Positions 31,355 to 40,264 of a DNA stretch of 64,000 bases are shown piece after piece. A program made the position numbers and the translations under genes. Positions within the stretch are counted from its first letter, which is position 1; every line of letters begins with the position of its first letter. Source of the stretch: Candidatus Taylorbacteria bacterium RIFCSPLOWO2_01_FULL_48_100 (GTDB lineage: Bacteria > Patescibacteriota > Minisyncoccia > Phycocordibacterales > UBA10002); contig MHSA01000011.1 in assembly GCA_001821135.1 (NCBI GenBank), forward strand, positions 3,042 to 67,041, in the 5' to 3' direction. The notes beneath the pieces are model-generated. The model searched no databases, was not told the DNA's origin, and saw only the letters and a program-made list of their open reading frames with translations.

Positions 31355-32191
31355 TTATAGCACAATTTTGATTCCCTTAATGTGTTCAAGCGGTTCATAT
31401 TGACTTTGCAGATTTCCAACAATTTCTTTTACAAGCTTTTTATCTTTCTTTTCAGCGCGCTCAAATGTTTTTGGCGGAAGATTCAAAATGACTTTTTTAT
31501 GCTCGTTACTCCTTCGTAAGATTTCTTCAGCTGCAAAGTAATGCGTGTCATAAATATGTGCGTTAGAGATTGAATGGCTGTATATTCCGGGTTTTACGCA
31601 GAGTCGCTCGGCAAGAATACATTGCAGAAGCGCAAAACCCGCGACATCGGAAGGAGTACCAAGTATTACATCATTTGAACGAATGATATTATGCAGATTA
31701 AGCCGCCCCCCGATTATATTAACCGTAAAGGTATATGGGCACGGCACATTTTTTTTCACCGCTCCGCCAAGTCCGTCGCCACTTGGGTCCCATGCAATAA
31801 CAACTCCATGCCGCGAACTCGGGTCCTTTTCCAAAAGTTTTACCAAAAGCCCGAGTTGGTCGCGGCCAAAATGTTTTCGCCATCGGTAGCCGTAGGCGAC
31901 TGTAACTACATCGCCGGGATTGGTGAAGTCATCCCAGATTTTGGTGAACTCGCGTAGAAAATCTTCGGGTTTGCGCCCGCCGGAGATAAACCATAGTTGT
32001 TCCGCGACAAACATCTGAATTGGAATCTTTCTGAGCGTCAGAAGCGGGAAGCCGTCTTTTTCAATATCCACGGAGAAATGCATGCCAGGAATTGCTCGCG
32101 TTTCGTGCCCAGTGCGCTTGTTCACATCGGCAATACCCTCGGTCATAATACGCCGAACCAACCCCTGATAAATCTCATCAAATTTTGTCAT
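31355..32191 (-). CDS. thyA: Thymidylate synthase ThyA (divergent: PCP instead of PCH, RSND instead of RSCD, and a C-terminal extension)
   Basis: NKRTGHETRAIPGMHFSV...FPLLTLRKIPIQMFVAEQLWFISG ... VPCPYTFTVNIIGGRLNLHNIIRSNDVILGTPSDVAGFALL are ThyA/dCMP-hydroxymethylase family motifs. It sits with folA, dcd, tmk and glyA. Confidence 0.75.
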   Translation of the reverse strand: MTKFDEIYQGLVRRIMTEGIADVNKRTGHETRAIPGMHFSVDIEKDGFPLLTLRKIPIQMFVAEQLWFISGGRKPEDFLREFTKIWDDFTNPGDVVTVAYGYRWRKHFGRDQLGLLVKLLEKDPSSRHGVVIAWDPSGDGLGGAVKKNVPCPYTFTVNIIGGRLNLHNIIRSNDVILGTPSDVAGFALLQCILAERLCVKPGIYSHSISNAHIYDTHYFAAEEILRRSNEHKKVILNLPPKTFERAEKKDKKLVKEIVGNLQSQYEPLEHIKGIKIVL

Positions 32192-32207
32192 AGCAGTTTT
32201 ATACTAT

Positions 32208-32675
32208 ATGCTGTTTCGTATGGTCATTCAATACCCATACTTACCTAGTGGAAGGGAAATAAAATATGTCTCAGAAGATAATGTGTTTATGCGCGCGGCG
32301 CGCGAATATATACACACACACAAAAAAGATATCGTTCACCCAACAGGAAGTGTGATTGTAAAAGACGAGCTTATTATTGGACGAGGCGCGAACGGAAGCG
32401 ATTATCACGAACGACACGGCTGTGAGCGGAAACGAAAGAATATCCCGACGGGCGAACGGTATGATTTATGCGAGGGATGTCATCCGAAAAATCACAGTGA
32501 ACCAAAGGCGATTGCGGACGCTATTTCTCATGGCGAAGATACGCACGGTGCGGATTTATATTTATACGGCCATTGGTGGTGCTGTAAGCCGTGTTGGGAC
32601 GCAATGATTGACGCAGGTATTCGCGATGTGTATCTTATGGAAGGAAGCGAACGGATATTCAACAGTAAAAGGTGA
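32208..32675 (+). CDS. dCMP (cytidine/deoxycytidylate) deaminase, zinc-dependent
   Basis: HSEPKAIADAI (HxE) and CKPCWDAM (PCxxC) zinc-binding motifs. The start is uncertain (32208 or 32220). Confidence 0.7.
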   Translation: MLFRMVIQYPYLPSGREIKYVSEDNVFMRAAREYIHTHKKDIVHPTGSVIVKDELIIGRGANGSDYHERHGCERKRKNIPTGERYDLCEGCHPKNHSEPKAIADAISHGEDTHGADLYLYGHWWCCKPCWDAMIDAGIRDVYLMEGSERIFNSKR

Positions 32676-33307
32676 TTATGAAAAATAAAAAAGGAAAGTT
32701 CTTTGTACTTGAAGGCGGCGAGGGTTCGGGGAAAAGTAGCCAGCTTAAGAAATTAAGCGAGTATTTTGGCGAGCGTGTTTTGATAACACGCGAACCCGGC
32801 GGCTCTCCTTATGCCGAAGAAATTCGTTCACTTATCCTCAATTCAGAAAACGCGAAACAAGCTGACGCGAAAACCCATTTTGCTCTGTTCTGGGCAGCAC
32901 GGGCAGACCATTTGAAAAACACCATTCTTCCGGCTTTAGCGCGAAGACAAAATGTTCTTGTGGACCGATTTGATTCGTCTACTTATGCGTATCAAGTTTT
33001 TGCGCAAGAAGCATCTGAACTAAAAGATTTTTTCTGGAAGATGCGGCAGTTTTATCTAGGTAAAAATATCCCAAGTAGATATTTTTTTCTTGATGTAGAA
33101 CCAAGTATCGGCTTGGCGCGCAAACAAAAACAAAAAAGAGAAGTATTAAATCATTTTGACGAACGCGATGTGCAATTTCATACACGAATGCGCAAAGGAT
33201 TTCTTGATTTTTTTAAACAAGTCCCATACTCCACGATTGACGCCAATCAACCATTTGATACCGTAACCATGACGCTTGTAACCGAACTGAAAAAATATAT
33301 TATATAA
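32672..33307 (+). CDS. tmk: Thymidylate kinase
   Basis: FFVLEGGEGSGKSSQ P-loop, ITREPGGS, and DRFDSSTYAYQ (DRY-like) motif. Confidence 0.9.
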   Translation: MIMKNKKGKFFVLEGGEGSGKSSQLKKLSEYFGERVLITREPGGSPYAEEIRSLILNSENAKQADAKTHFALFWAARADHLKNTILPALARRQNVLVDRFDSSTYAYQVFAQEASELKDFFWKMRQFYLGKNIPSRYFFLDVEPSIGLARKQKQKREVLNHFDERDVQFHTRMRKGFLDFFKQVPYSTIDANQPFDTVTMTLVTELKKYII

Positions 33308-33310
33308 ACA

Positions 33311-34498
33311 ATGAAAGACCTACAAATCAAAAAATTGATGGATGCCGAGAAAAAGCGGCAGAAAAGCGTGATTAACCTAATTGCCTCGGAAAATTATGTT
33401 TCCAAAGATGTGCTTGAGGCACTTGGAAGCGAGCTCACCAATAAATACGGCGAAGGGTATCCTGGTAAACGCTACTATCGCGGGTGCGCGGTTGTTGACG
33501 AGGTAGAGCGCGCAGCGCGGAAGCGCGCGCTTGATTTGTTTGGGCTTACCGAAAAAGAATGGGGAGTTAATGTGCAACCATTATCGGGTTCGCCCGCCAA
33601 CTTCGCAGTGTATGCTGCACTTGTTCCAATTGGTGGAAAGGTGATGGGTATGTCGCTTGACCACGGCGGACACCTCACTCACGGCCAGCCCGTTTCTATG
33701 ACTGGAAAGGTGTGGAAGCAAGTGCCGTACGGATTGGATAAGGAAACCGAAAGATTGGATTACGAACACATTAAAAAGATTGCGACAGAAAACAAGCCCG
33801 CTCTTATCGTTGCGGGTTTTACTGCATACGCGCACATCATTGATTTTAAGAAGTTTCGCGAAATCGCGGATTTATGCAACGCGATTTTAATGGTAGATAT
33901 GTCGCATTTTGCTGGGCTAGTTGCAGGTGGAGAGTATCCATCGCCGTTTGCATATGCGGACATTGTAACGACGACAACTCACAAAACTCTACGAGGACCG
34001 CGCTCGGCGCTCATTTTCTCAAAAGAAGACGAACGAAAGTTGCCTAGAAAAATTGATAAAGCAATTCTACCAGGATTGCAGGGCGGTCCGCACTTCAACC
34101 AAATTGCGGCGGTGGCGGTGGCGCTCAAAGAGGCGAGTACGCCTTCGTTTAAGAAATACGCGGCGCAAGTGGTAAAGAACGCGCGCGCGCTCGCGGATGA
34201 ATTGCAAAAGCTCGGACACAGGATTGTAGAAGGCGGAACGGAAACGCACCTCTTGCGCATTGACACTTGGCTCGGCGGCCGCGGAATCGGGGGGCGGGAA
34301 GCCGCCGACAAACTTGAGGCGGCGGGGATTATCGTGAGTGAAAGCACTCTTCCATTTGATACGCGCGGTCCGGTAGACCCATCGGGCATACGGCTCGGCA
34401 GTGCGGCAGAGACCACGCGTGGCAAAAAAGAGAAGGACTTTATAGCAATCGCGCGGAAAGTTGATAGAATACTCCGTAATGGTAACAGAGAGCATTAA
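33311..34498 (+). CDS. glyA: Serine hydroxymethyltransferase
   Basis: LIASENYVSKDVLEALGSELTNKYGEGYPGKRYY ... VTTTTHKTLRGPR (PLP lysine region). Confidence 0.95.
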   Translation: MKDLQIKKLMDAEKKRQKSVINLIASENYVSKDVLEALGSELTNKYGEGYPGKRYYRGCAVVDEVERAARKRALDLFGLTEKEWGVNVQPLSGSPANFAVYAALVPIGGKVMGMSLDHGGHLTHGQPVSMTGKVWKQVPYGLDKETERLDYEHIKKIATENKPALIVAGFTAYAHIIDFKKFREIADLCNAILMVDMSHFAGLVAGGEYPSPFAYADIVTTTTHKTLRGPRSALIFSKEDERKLPRKIDKAILPGLQGGPHFNQIAAVAVALKEASTPSFKKYAAQVVKNARALADELQKLGHRIVEGGTETHLLRIDTWLGGRGIGGREAADKLEAAGIIVSESTLPFDTRGPVDPSGIRLGSAAETTRGKKEKDFIAIARKVDRILRNGNREH

Positions 34499-36152
34499 AC
34501 AGGCGGTTGCGGAAGCACTCACAAAACTTGGGATTAAAAATCCCGATGTGTCGTTGGAACACCCAGAGGAATTGTCGCACGGCGATTATTCCACGAATGT
34601 TGCGCTTCGGTATGCGAAAGAACTTAAAAAAAGCCCGCAGACAATCGCAGAAGATATAATACGATATATCGTACTACAGAAGATTCCAGCACTTGCGCGC
34701 GCGGAAGCGGCGGCAGGTTTTGTGAACTTTTTTCTCGCCGGAGAATTCTTTGCGGAACGAATACAAGAGATTTTGGAAAAGAAAGATGGTTTTGGAAAGC
34801 AGGATGTTGGAAAGGGAAGGAAAGTGGTTGTAGAATTTTCGTCTCCGAACATTGCAAAGCCGTTTACGATTGGGCATTTGCGCTCAACAATTATCGGAGA
34901 CGCAGTTGCGAAAACGCTCTCTTTTCTAGGATATTCTGTTATCCGCGACAATCACCTCGGTGATTGGGGTACGCAATTCGGAAAAATGATTGTTGCGATT
35001 AAGAAGTGGGGAGATATTCAGAAAATTGCAGAAAACGCGGCTCCTGTTAGAGCGTTGGTGGATTTGTATGTCTGTTTTCACGCTGAAGCAAAAACGAACA
35101 TCGCGCTTGAAGATGAGGCGCGTGAGTGGTTTGTGAAATTGGAGAAAGGAGATGAAGAAGCGCGCGGTTTGTGGAAGCAGTGCGTAGCGTGGTCAATGAA
35201 GGAGTTTGAGTCGCTGTACAAACGGCTTGGCGTTTCTTTTGATACGATGCATGGAGAGAGTTTTTTTGAAGATAAAATGCGCGCTGTGGTGGAGGATCTT
35301 GAACGGAAAAATCTCTTAAAAGAAAGCGAAGGCGCGCGGCTTGTATTTTTTCCTAGCGATTCCTTGCCGCCGCTTATGATAATAAAAAAAGACGGCGGGA
35401 CATTGTACGCGACTCGCGACCTGGCGACTGATGCATGGAGGAAAAGAGAGTATGGCGACGGGGTAATTATCGTCAATGAGACGGGCGGAGAGCAATCGCT
35501 GTATTTCAAGCAGGTTTTTATGCTGGAAGAAATGCTCGGCTGGTTTGCGCGCGGCGAGCGGGTGCACATCGGGCACGGGCTCACGCGTGGGAAAGAAGGG
35601 AAGATGAGCACGCGGGAGGGCAACACGATTTGGCTTGAAGATGTGCTTGACGAGGCAGTGAAGCGCGCGGAAGCAATAAATAAAGAGACGGCAGAAATAG
35701 TTGGAATCGGCGCGCTTAAGTTTAACGACTTGAAGCGGGAGGCGAAACAAGACACCATTTTTGATTGGAATGATGTGCTGAATATGAAAGGCGACTCTGG
35801 ACCGTACTTGCAGTATTCTTATGCGCGGGCAATGTCGGTAATCAGAAAATCCCCTCCTCAGTTGAGGAGGGGTGCCGAGTTCGCGAGGCGGGGTGGTGGT
35901 GTTACTACATTAGAACGCCTCCTTTACCGATTTCCTGAAGTCGTACTGCGCGCGGGCAAGGACTACGCGCCGCATTTTATTGCGACTTATCTTATTGAAT
36001 TAGCGGGCGCGTTTAACAATTGGTATGCGAAGGAGCGCATTCTTAATGCTGGGGAGGAAACGGAATACCGCCTCGCGCTCACCGCCGCATTCGCGCAGGT
36101 TATGAAAAATGGACTTTGGCTACTTGGCATCGCCGCGCCGGAGAAGATGTAA
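34479..36152 (+). CDS. argS: Arginine--tRNA ligase carrying a ~19-aa in-frame palindromic-repeat insertion near residue 455
   Basis: SSPNIAKPFTIGHLRSTIIGDA (HIGH-like), GDWGTQFGKMI, and a C-terminal DALR domain. The insertion SPPQLRRGAEFARRGGGVT is encoded by repeat copy G. Confidence 0.9.
   Translation: MVTESIKQAVAEALTKLGIKNPDVSLEHPEELSHGDYSTNVALRYAKELKKSPQTIAEDIIRYIVLQKIPALARAEAAAGFVNFFLAGEFFAERIQEILEKKDGFGKQDVGKGRKVVVEFSSPNIAKPFTIGHLRSTIIGDAVAKTLSFLGYSVIRDNHLGDWGTQFGKMIVAIKKWGDIQKIAENAAPVRALVDLYVCFHAEAKTNIALEDEAREWFVKLEKGDEEARGLWKQCVAWSMKEFESLYKRLGVSFDTMHGESFFEDKMRAVVEDLERKNLLKESEGARLVFFPSDSLPPLMIIKKDGGTLYATRDLATDAWRKREYGDGVIIVNETGGEQSLYFKQVFMLEEMLGWFARGERVHIGHGLTRGKEGKMSTREGNTIWLEDVLDEAVKRAEAINKETAEIVGIGALKFNDLKREAKQDTIFDWNDVLNMKGDSGPYLQYSYARAMSVIRKSPPQLRRGAEFARRGGGVTTLERLLYRFPEVVLRAGKDYAPHFIATYLIELAGAFNNWYAKERILNAGEETEYRLALTAAFAQVMKNGLWLLGIAAPEKM
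35846..35903. repeat. G/C-rich palindromic repeat element, copy G (AAATCCCCTCCTCAGTTGAGGAGGGGTGCCGAGTTCGCGAGGCGGGGTGGTGGTGTT), in-frame inside argS
   Basis: Shares the AAATCCCCTCCTCA(A/G)(C/T)TGAGGAGG module with copies E and F. Confidence 0.65.
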
Positions 36153-36159
36153 AATATAT

Positions 36160-39100
36160 ATGAACACAGACAATCAACAACAAAAAAAGACGATTGCCGA
36201 GAAAGAGAAAGAAATCTTGAAGTTTTGGAAAGAAAACAGGGTTTTTGAAAAAACATTGGAGAAAAAAGCTCCAAAAGGCGATTTCGTTTTTTACGACGGG
36301 CCGCCGTTTGCGACGGGGCTCCCGCACCACGGCTCGCTCCTCTCGTCTGTCATTAAAGATGTAGTACCGCGCTACAAGACAATGCGCGGGTTCCGCGTCG
36401 AGAGGCGGTGGGGGTGGGACTGCCACGGGCTTCCGATTGAGAGCTTGGTAGAAAAACGGCTTGGACTTAAAACGAAAAAAGACATTGAAAAAATCGGCGT
36501 TGCGGCGTTCAACGAAGCGGCGCGCGAGAGCGTGCTTGAATTTGAGAAAGAGTGGGAGAAATATATTGAACGGGTTGGGCGGTTTGTTGATTTCAAGAAC
36601 TCCTACAAGACGATGGACAACTCTTATATGGAGAGCGTGTGGGGCGCGCTGAAAAAGCTTCACGAAAAGAAATTGCTATACGAAGGAAAGAAAGTGCTTA
36701 TGTATTGCCCGCACTGTGAGACCCCGCTCGCAAAAGCGGAAATCGCGATGGATAATACCTATAAGAAAATTACTGAGGAGGCAGTTACTGTGAAGTTTAA
36801 GGTCAAAAATGAACCAAATACACATCTTTTGGCGTGGACGACGACGCCGTGGACATTGCCGGGGAATGTCGCTCTTGCTGTCGGTAAAAAGATTGTCTAT
36901 GTAAAAGCAAAAGTTGGTAGCGAGATTTTTATTATTGCAAAAGACCGTTTGGAAATATTGGATGGAAAACAATATGAAATTATTGAAGAGGTTGTCGGTA
37001 AAGATTTGGTGGGCTTGGAATACGAACCAGTTTACGGAGTACCTAAAATACTTAAACAATTTAAAATAAATGCAATTGAGCCGCATCGTATTCTTGAGGC
37101 AGGGTTTGTAAATACCAATGAGGGTACAGGAATTGTACACATTGCGCCAGCATACGGAGAAGAAGATTATCAGTTAGCGGGTCGCAATGATTTACCAATA
37201 GTGCAACTACTTGATGCTGGCGCGAAGTACAACGATAGCGCGCCTGAATTTTTGCGCTGTAAGTATGTAAAGAGCGCGGAAAAAGAAATAAAAGAGGATT
37301 TGGAAAAGCGCGCGTTTTTGTTTGCGCGCGCGATGAATACGCACGAGTACCCGCACTGTTACCGATGCGGCACCCCACTGATTTACAATGCGGTCCCGTC
37401 ATGGTTTATCGCTATACAAGATGCGAAAAAGAAGATGCTTTCGGAGAACGAAAAGATACAATGGGTGCCTGAGCACCTGAAGCATGGGCGCTTCAAGAAC
37501 ATCGTTGAAGGCGCGCCCGATTGGAACATTTCGCGAAGCCGCTTTTGGGCAACGCCATTGCCGATTTGGAAAGAAAAAGGTGGCGAGCGCGTAATGGTTG
37601 TTGGCTCGCTTGAAGAACTAAAAAAGCGCGTGAAAAAGTCGGGCAATCAATATTTTGTAATGCGGCATGGCGAGGCGGTAGATAATGCTGAACATAAAGA
37701 AGACATTTATGGCGACCCGCAGAATCATCTAACTGATAAAGGAAAGAAAGGTGCTGTGCATACAGCCGCTAATCTTAAAAAGGAGCGTATTGACCTCATT
37801 ATCACCTCGCCATTTGTGCGCACGCGCGAAACCGCTCTGCTTATCCAAAAAGAGCTCGGATTGTCGGACGATACGGTGGTAGTTGATGAACGCTTACACG
37901 AGCGCAACGAGCCGACCTTAGTAGAAGTGCGTCGGCGCGTGGGCGAATTCTTGTTTGAAATAGAGCGCCGCGAGCAAAACAAAAACATACTTATTGTCGG
38001 ACACGGCAGTCCGCTTTGGGTTTTGTCCCAAGTTGCGGAAGGCAAACCGTCGGACGATTTTCAAGACAGAGTGATGTTGGAACTTGCCAAAGCGCGCGCG
38101 CTTCCGTTTATTCCGTTTCCACATAACAAGGACTATGAGATTGATTTACACCGTCCGTGGATTGATGCACTGACGCTTGTTGATGAAGGTGGGAGAGAAT
38201 ACGAGCGCATTCCGGAAGTGGTTGATTGTTGGGTGGAATCGGCAGCGATGCCGTTTGCGTCCGGCACTGCGAAATACCCTGCGGACTTTATTGCAGAGTA
38301 TATTGCGCAAACGCGCACTTGGTTTTACTACCTCCACGCGCTCGGCATTTTGCTTGTGGGCAAGCGAGCGTTTAACGCAGTCGTGTCTACAGGAACGCTT
38401 CTCGCAGAAGATGGCGCAAAGATTTCTAAATCAAAAGGCAACTACACCGACCCGTTTCTTCTTATGGACAAGTATGGCGCAGATGCGTACCGCTTTTACC
38501 TTATGGGAAGCGTGGTGATGCAAGGCGAGGACCTTTCTTTTCGCGATAGCGATGTGCGCGAAGCGCACAATCGCGTTGTCGGAATACTCCGCAACTGCCT
38601 CGCTTTTTTTGAGTTGTATAAAAATAAATATGACGGAAATACGAAGGCGGAAGAAAGCGCGCACATTTTGGATAAATGGATTCGCGCGCACCTTAGGCGG
38701 AGTACGGCAGTAATTACGGATGCGATGGAGGCGTACGACACGCCTTCCGCATGCCGCGAGATTCGTGCGTTCACAGAAGATTATTCTACATGGTACATTC
38801 GCCGCTCGCGCGAACGGGTGAAGTCCGCCTCTTCTGCGGACGAGGCAGGTAGCGCTGACGCGCAACACTGCCTCGCAACCCAACGCGAAGTTCTTCTCGC
38901 GCTCTCAAAACTCATTGCGCCGATAATGCCGTTCTTGGCGGAGGAGATATATAAATCGGTTGACGGAGAAAAAGAGAGCGTGCATCTAGACGGATGGCCG
39001 GAAGTCGGAAGTCGAAAGTCGGAAGAAAAATTGTTTGAAGAAATGGAAAAAGTGAGGAAGATTGTGTCGCTCGCGCTGGAAGCGCGTGCGAAGGCGAATA

Positions 39101-39522
39101 TCAAAATACGGCAACCACTCGCTTTGCTCAAAATCCGAAATCCGAAATCCGAAATCCGAAATAAACCAGAATTACTTAATTTAATAAACGAAGAAATAAA
39201 TGTTAAGAAAATAATTTTTGATGAAGAAGTTGCAGGAGAAGTGGAATTAGATACAGCGATAACGCCAGAACTAAAAGAAGAAGGCGAGTTTCGCGGGCTT
39301 TTGCGCGCGGTACAGAATTTGCGCAAGAAAAAAGGTCTCACCATTTCCGATGTTGCAACGCTTCTTGTGGACACGAGCGCGGATGGCAAAAGGTTTGTTG
39401 AAAAGTTTTCAAGTGAACTCAAAAAATCCGCATTACTCAAAGATATTGAGTTTGTTTCGGTTGCGTATGGGGAAGCGGTTGCTGTTGGCGAACATACAGC
39501 CAAACTTGACATTCGGAAGTGA
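36160..39522 (+). CDS. ileS: Isoleucine--tRNA ligase with a ~165-aa histidine-phosphatase (PGM/SixA-like) domain inserted inside the catalytic core
   Basis: HIGH (PHHG), WNISRSRFWATPLPIW, DCWVESAAMPF and KMSKS (KISKSKG) are all present in order. Between PIW and DLHRPW lies YFVMRHGEAVDN ... ITSPFVRTRETALLI ... ILIVGHGSPLWVL, the RHG / SP.RA.ET / GHG motifs of the histidine phosphatase superfamily. Confidence 0.9.
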   Translation: MNTDNQQQKKTIAEKEKEILKFWKENRVFEKTLEKKAPKGDFVFYDGPPFATGLPHHGSLLSSVIKDVVPRYKTMRGFRVERRWGWDCHGLPIESLVEKRLGLKTKKDIEKIGVAAFNEAARESVLEFEKEWEKYIERVGRFVDFKNSYKTMDNSYMESVWGALKKLHEKKLLYEGKKVLMYCPHCETPLAKAEIAMDNTYKKITEEAVTVKFKVKNEPNTHLLAWTTTPWTLPGNVALAVGKKIVYVKAKVGSEIFIIAKDRLEILDGKQYEIIEEVVGKDLVGLEYEPVYGVPKILKQFKINAIEPHRILEAGFVNTNEGTGIVHIAPAYGEEDYQLAGRNDLPIVQLLDAGAKYNDSAPEFLRCKYVKSAEKEIKEDLEKRAFLFARAMNTHEYPHCYRCGTPLIYNAVPSWFIAIQDAKKKMLSENEKIQWVPEHLKHGRFKNIVEGAPDWNISRSRFWATPLPIWKEKGGERVMVVGSLEELKKRVKKSGNQYFVMRHGEAVDNAEHKEDIYGDPQNHLTDKGKKGAVHTAANLKKERIDLIITSPFVRTRETALLIQKELGLSDDTVVVDERLHERNEPTLVEVRRRVGEFLFEIERREQNKNILIVGHGSPLWVLSQVAEGKPSDDFQDRVMLELAKARALPFIPFPHNKDYEIDLHRPWIDALTLVDEGGREYERIPEVVDCWVESAAMPFASGTAKYPADFIAEYIAQTRTWFYYLHALGILLVGKRAFNAVVSTGTLLAEDGAKISKSKGNYTDPFLLMDKYGADAYRFYLMGSVVMQGEDLSFRDSDVREAHNRVVGILRNCLAFFELYKNKYDGNTKAEESAHILDKWIRAHLRRSTAVITDAMEAYDTPSACREIRAFTEDYSTWYIRRSRERVKSASSADEAGSADAQHCLATQREVLLALSKLIAPIMPFLAEEIYKSVDGEKESVHLDGWPEVGSRKSEEKLFEEMEKVRKIVSLALEARAKANIKIRQPLALLKIRNPKSEIRNKPELLNLINEEINVKKIIFDEEVAGEVELDTAITPELKEEGEFRGLLRAVQNLRKKKGLTISDVATLLVDTSADGKRFVEKFSSELKKSALLKDIEFVSVAYGEAVAVGEHTAKLDIRK

Positions 39523-39549
39523 TTCGTGATTTTTTGTATTCTTTCCTCT

Positions 39550-39642
39550 CGCCCTTATCATAAGGGGGAGTACCCGAGCGAAGCGAGGGGGAGGGGGTGT
39601 CAGAAAAAAAACACCCCTCCCTTTCCCTCCCCTTAGGTAAAG
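39550..39642. repeat. G/C-rich modular palindromic repeat element, copy D (intergenic, between ileS and recO)
   Basis: CCCTTATCATAAGGGGGAGTACCCGAGCGAAGCGAGGGGGAGGGGGTG ... ACACCCCTCCC ... CCCCTTAGGTAAAGGGCAGGGTAT. The GGGGGAGTACCCGAGCGAAGCGAGGGGGAGGGGGTG module is identical to copy B. Confidence 0.75.
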
Positions 39643-39661
39643 GGCAGGGTATAAAGAAAAT

Positions 39662-40252
39662 ATGTATCACCTCTATCACACCCCCGCGTTGGTTCTCGGA
39701 AGCTCGCCGACTGGCGAAGGAAGCCGCACTGTGGAACTTTTTACGCGGGAACTCGGATTAGTTTCAGCGCGCGCGCAAGGCGTGCGCCTTGCGCGTTCTA
39801 AACTCCGCTATCACTTGACCGATTTTTCCTACACCGATGCGTGGCTTGTGCGCGGGCGCGAAGTGTGGCGGCTTGCAAACGCCGTGTCGCGCGCGAATTT
39901 CTTCTCGGAACTTGTGGGGGATTCCGCCGCGCGCGCGGTTCTCGCGCGCGCGGCGCTGCTTCTGCGGCGACTCCTTCCGCCCGAAGAAAAGCATGAAAAG
40001 CTTTTTGACGCCGTTGTGTCGTGCGCTGCGTTTTTTCAGAGCCGCACCTGTTCGGCGGGTGAATTTCGCGATATTGAGATTTTGCTCGCGCTTCGCATTT
40101 TGTTCCACTTGGGTTACTTAGGTGAGCCGAAAGAATTTTTGGAAGTCGCGGCTGGCGAGAGTTTCGGTGCGTTTGAGATTTCGTCAATTGCGCCGCTTCG
40201 GCGTCAGTTGGTTTCAATAATAAATTCGTCTCTGCGAATAACTGGTTTGTGA
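39662..40252 (+). CDS. recO: DNA repair protein RecO
   Basis: Has the N-terminal OB-fold pattern ALVLGSSPTGEGSRTVELFTRELGLVSARAQGVR.ARSKL typical of RecO. Confidence 0.7.
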   Translation: MYHLYHTPALVLGSSPTGEGSRTVELFTRELGLVSARAQGVRLARSKLRYHLTDFSYTDAWLVRGREVWRLANAVSRANFFSELVGDSAARAVLARAALLLRRLLPPEEKHEKLFDAVVSCAAFFQSRTCSAGEFRDIEILLALRILFHLGYLGEPKEFLEVAAGESFGAFEISSIAPLRRQLVSIINSSLRITGL

Positions 40253-40264
40253 TATACTTTTCGT

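Noticed and set aside
31355-32191. Flavin-dependent thymidylate synthase ThyX
   Set aside because: The sequence has ThyA-family motifs (LWFISG, the PC-containing active-site segment, the RSxD loop) and is not a ThyX RHRxxS-type protein.
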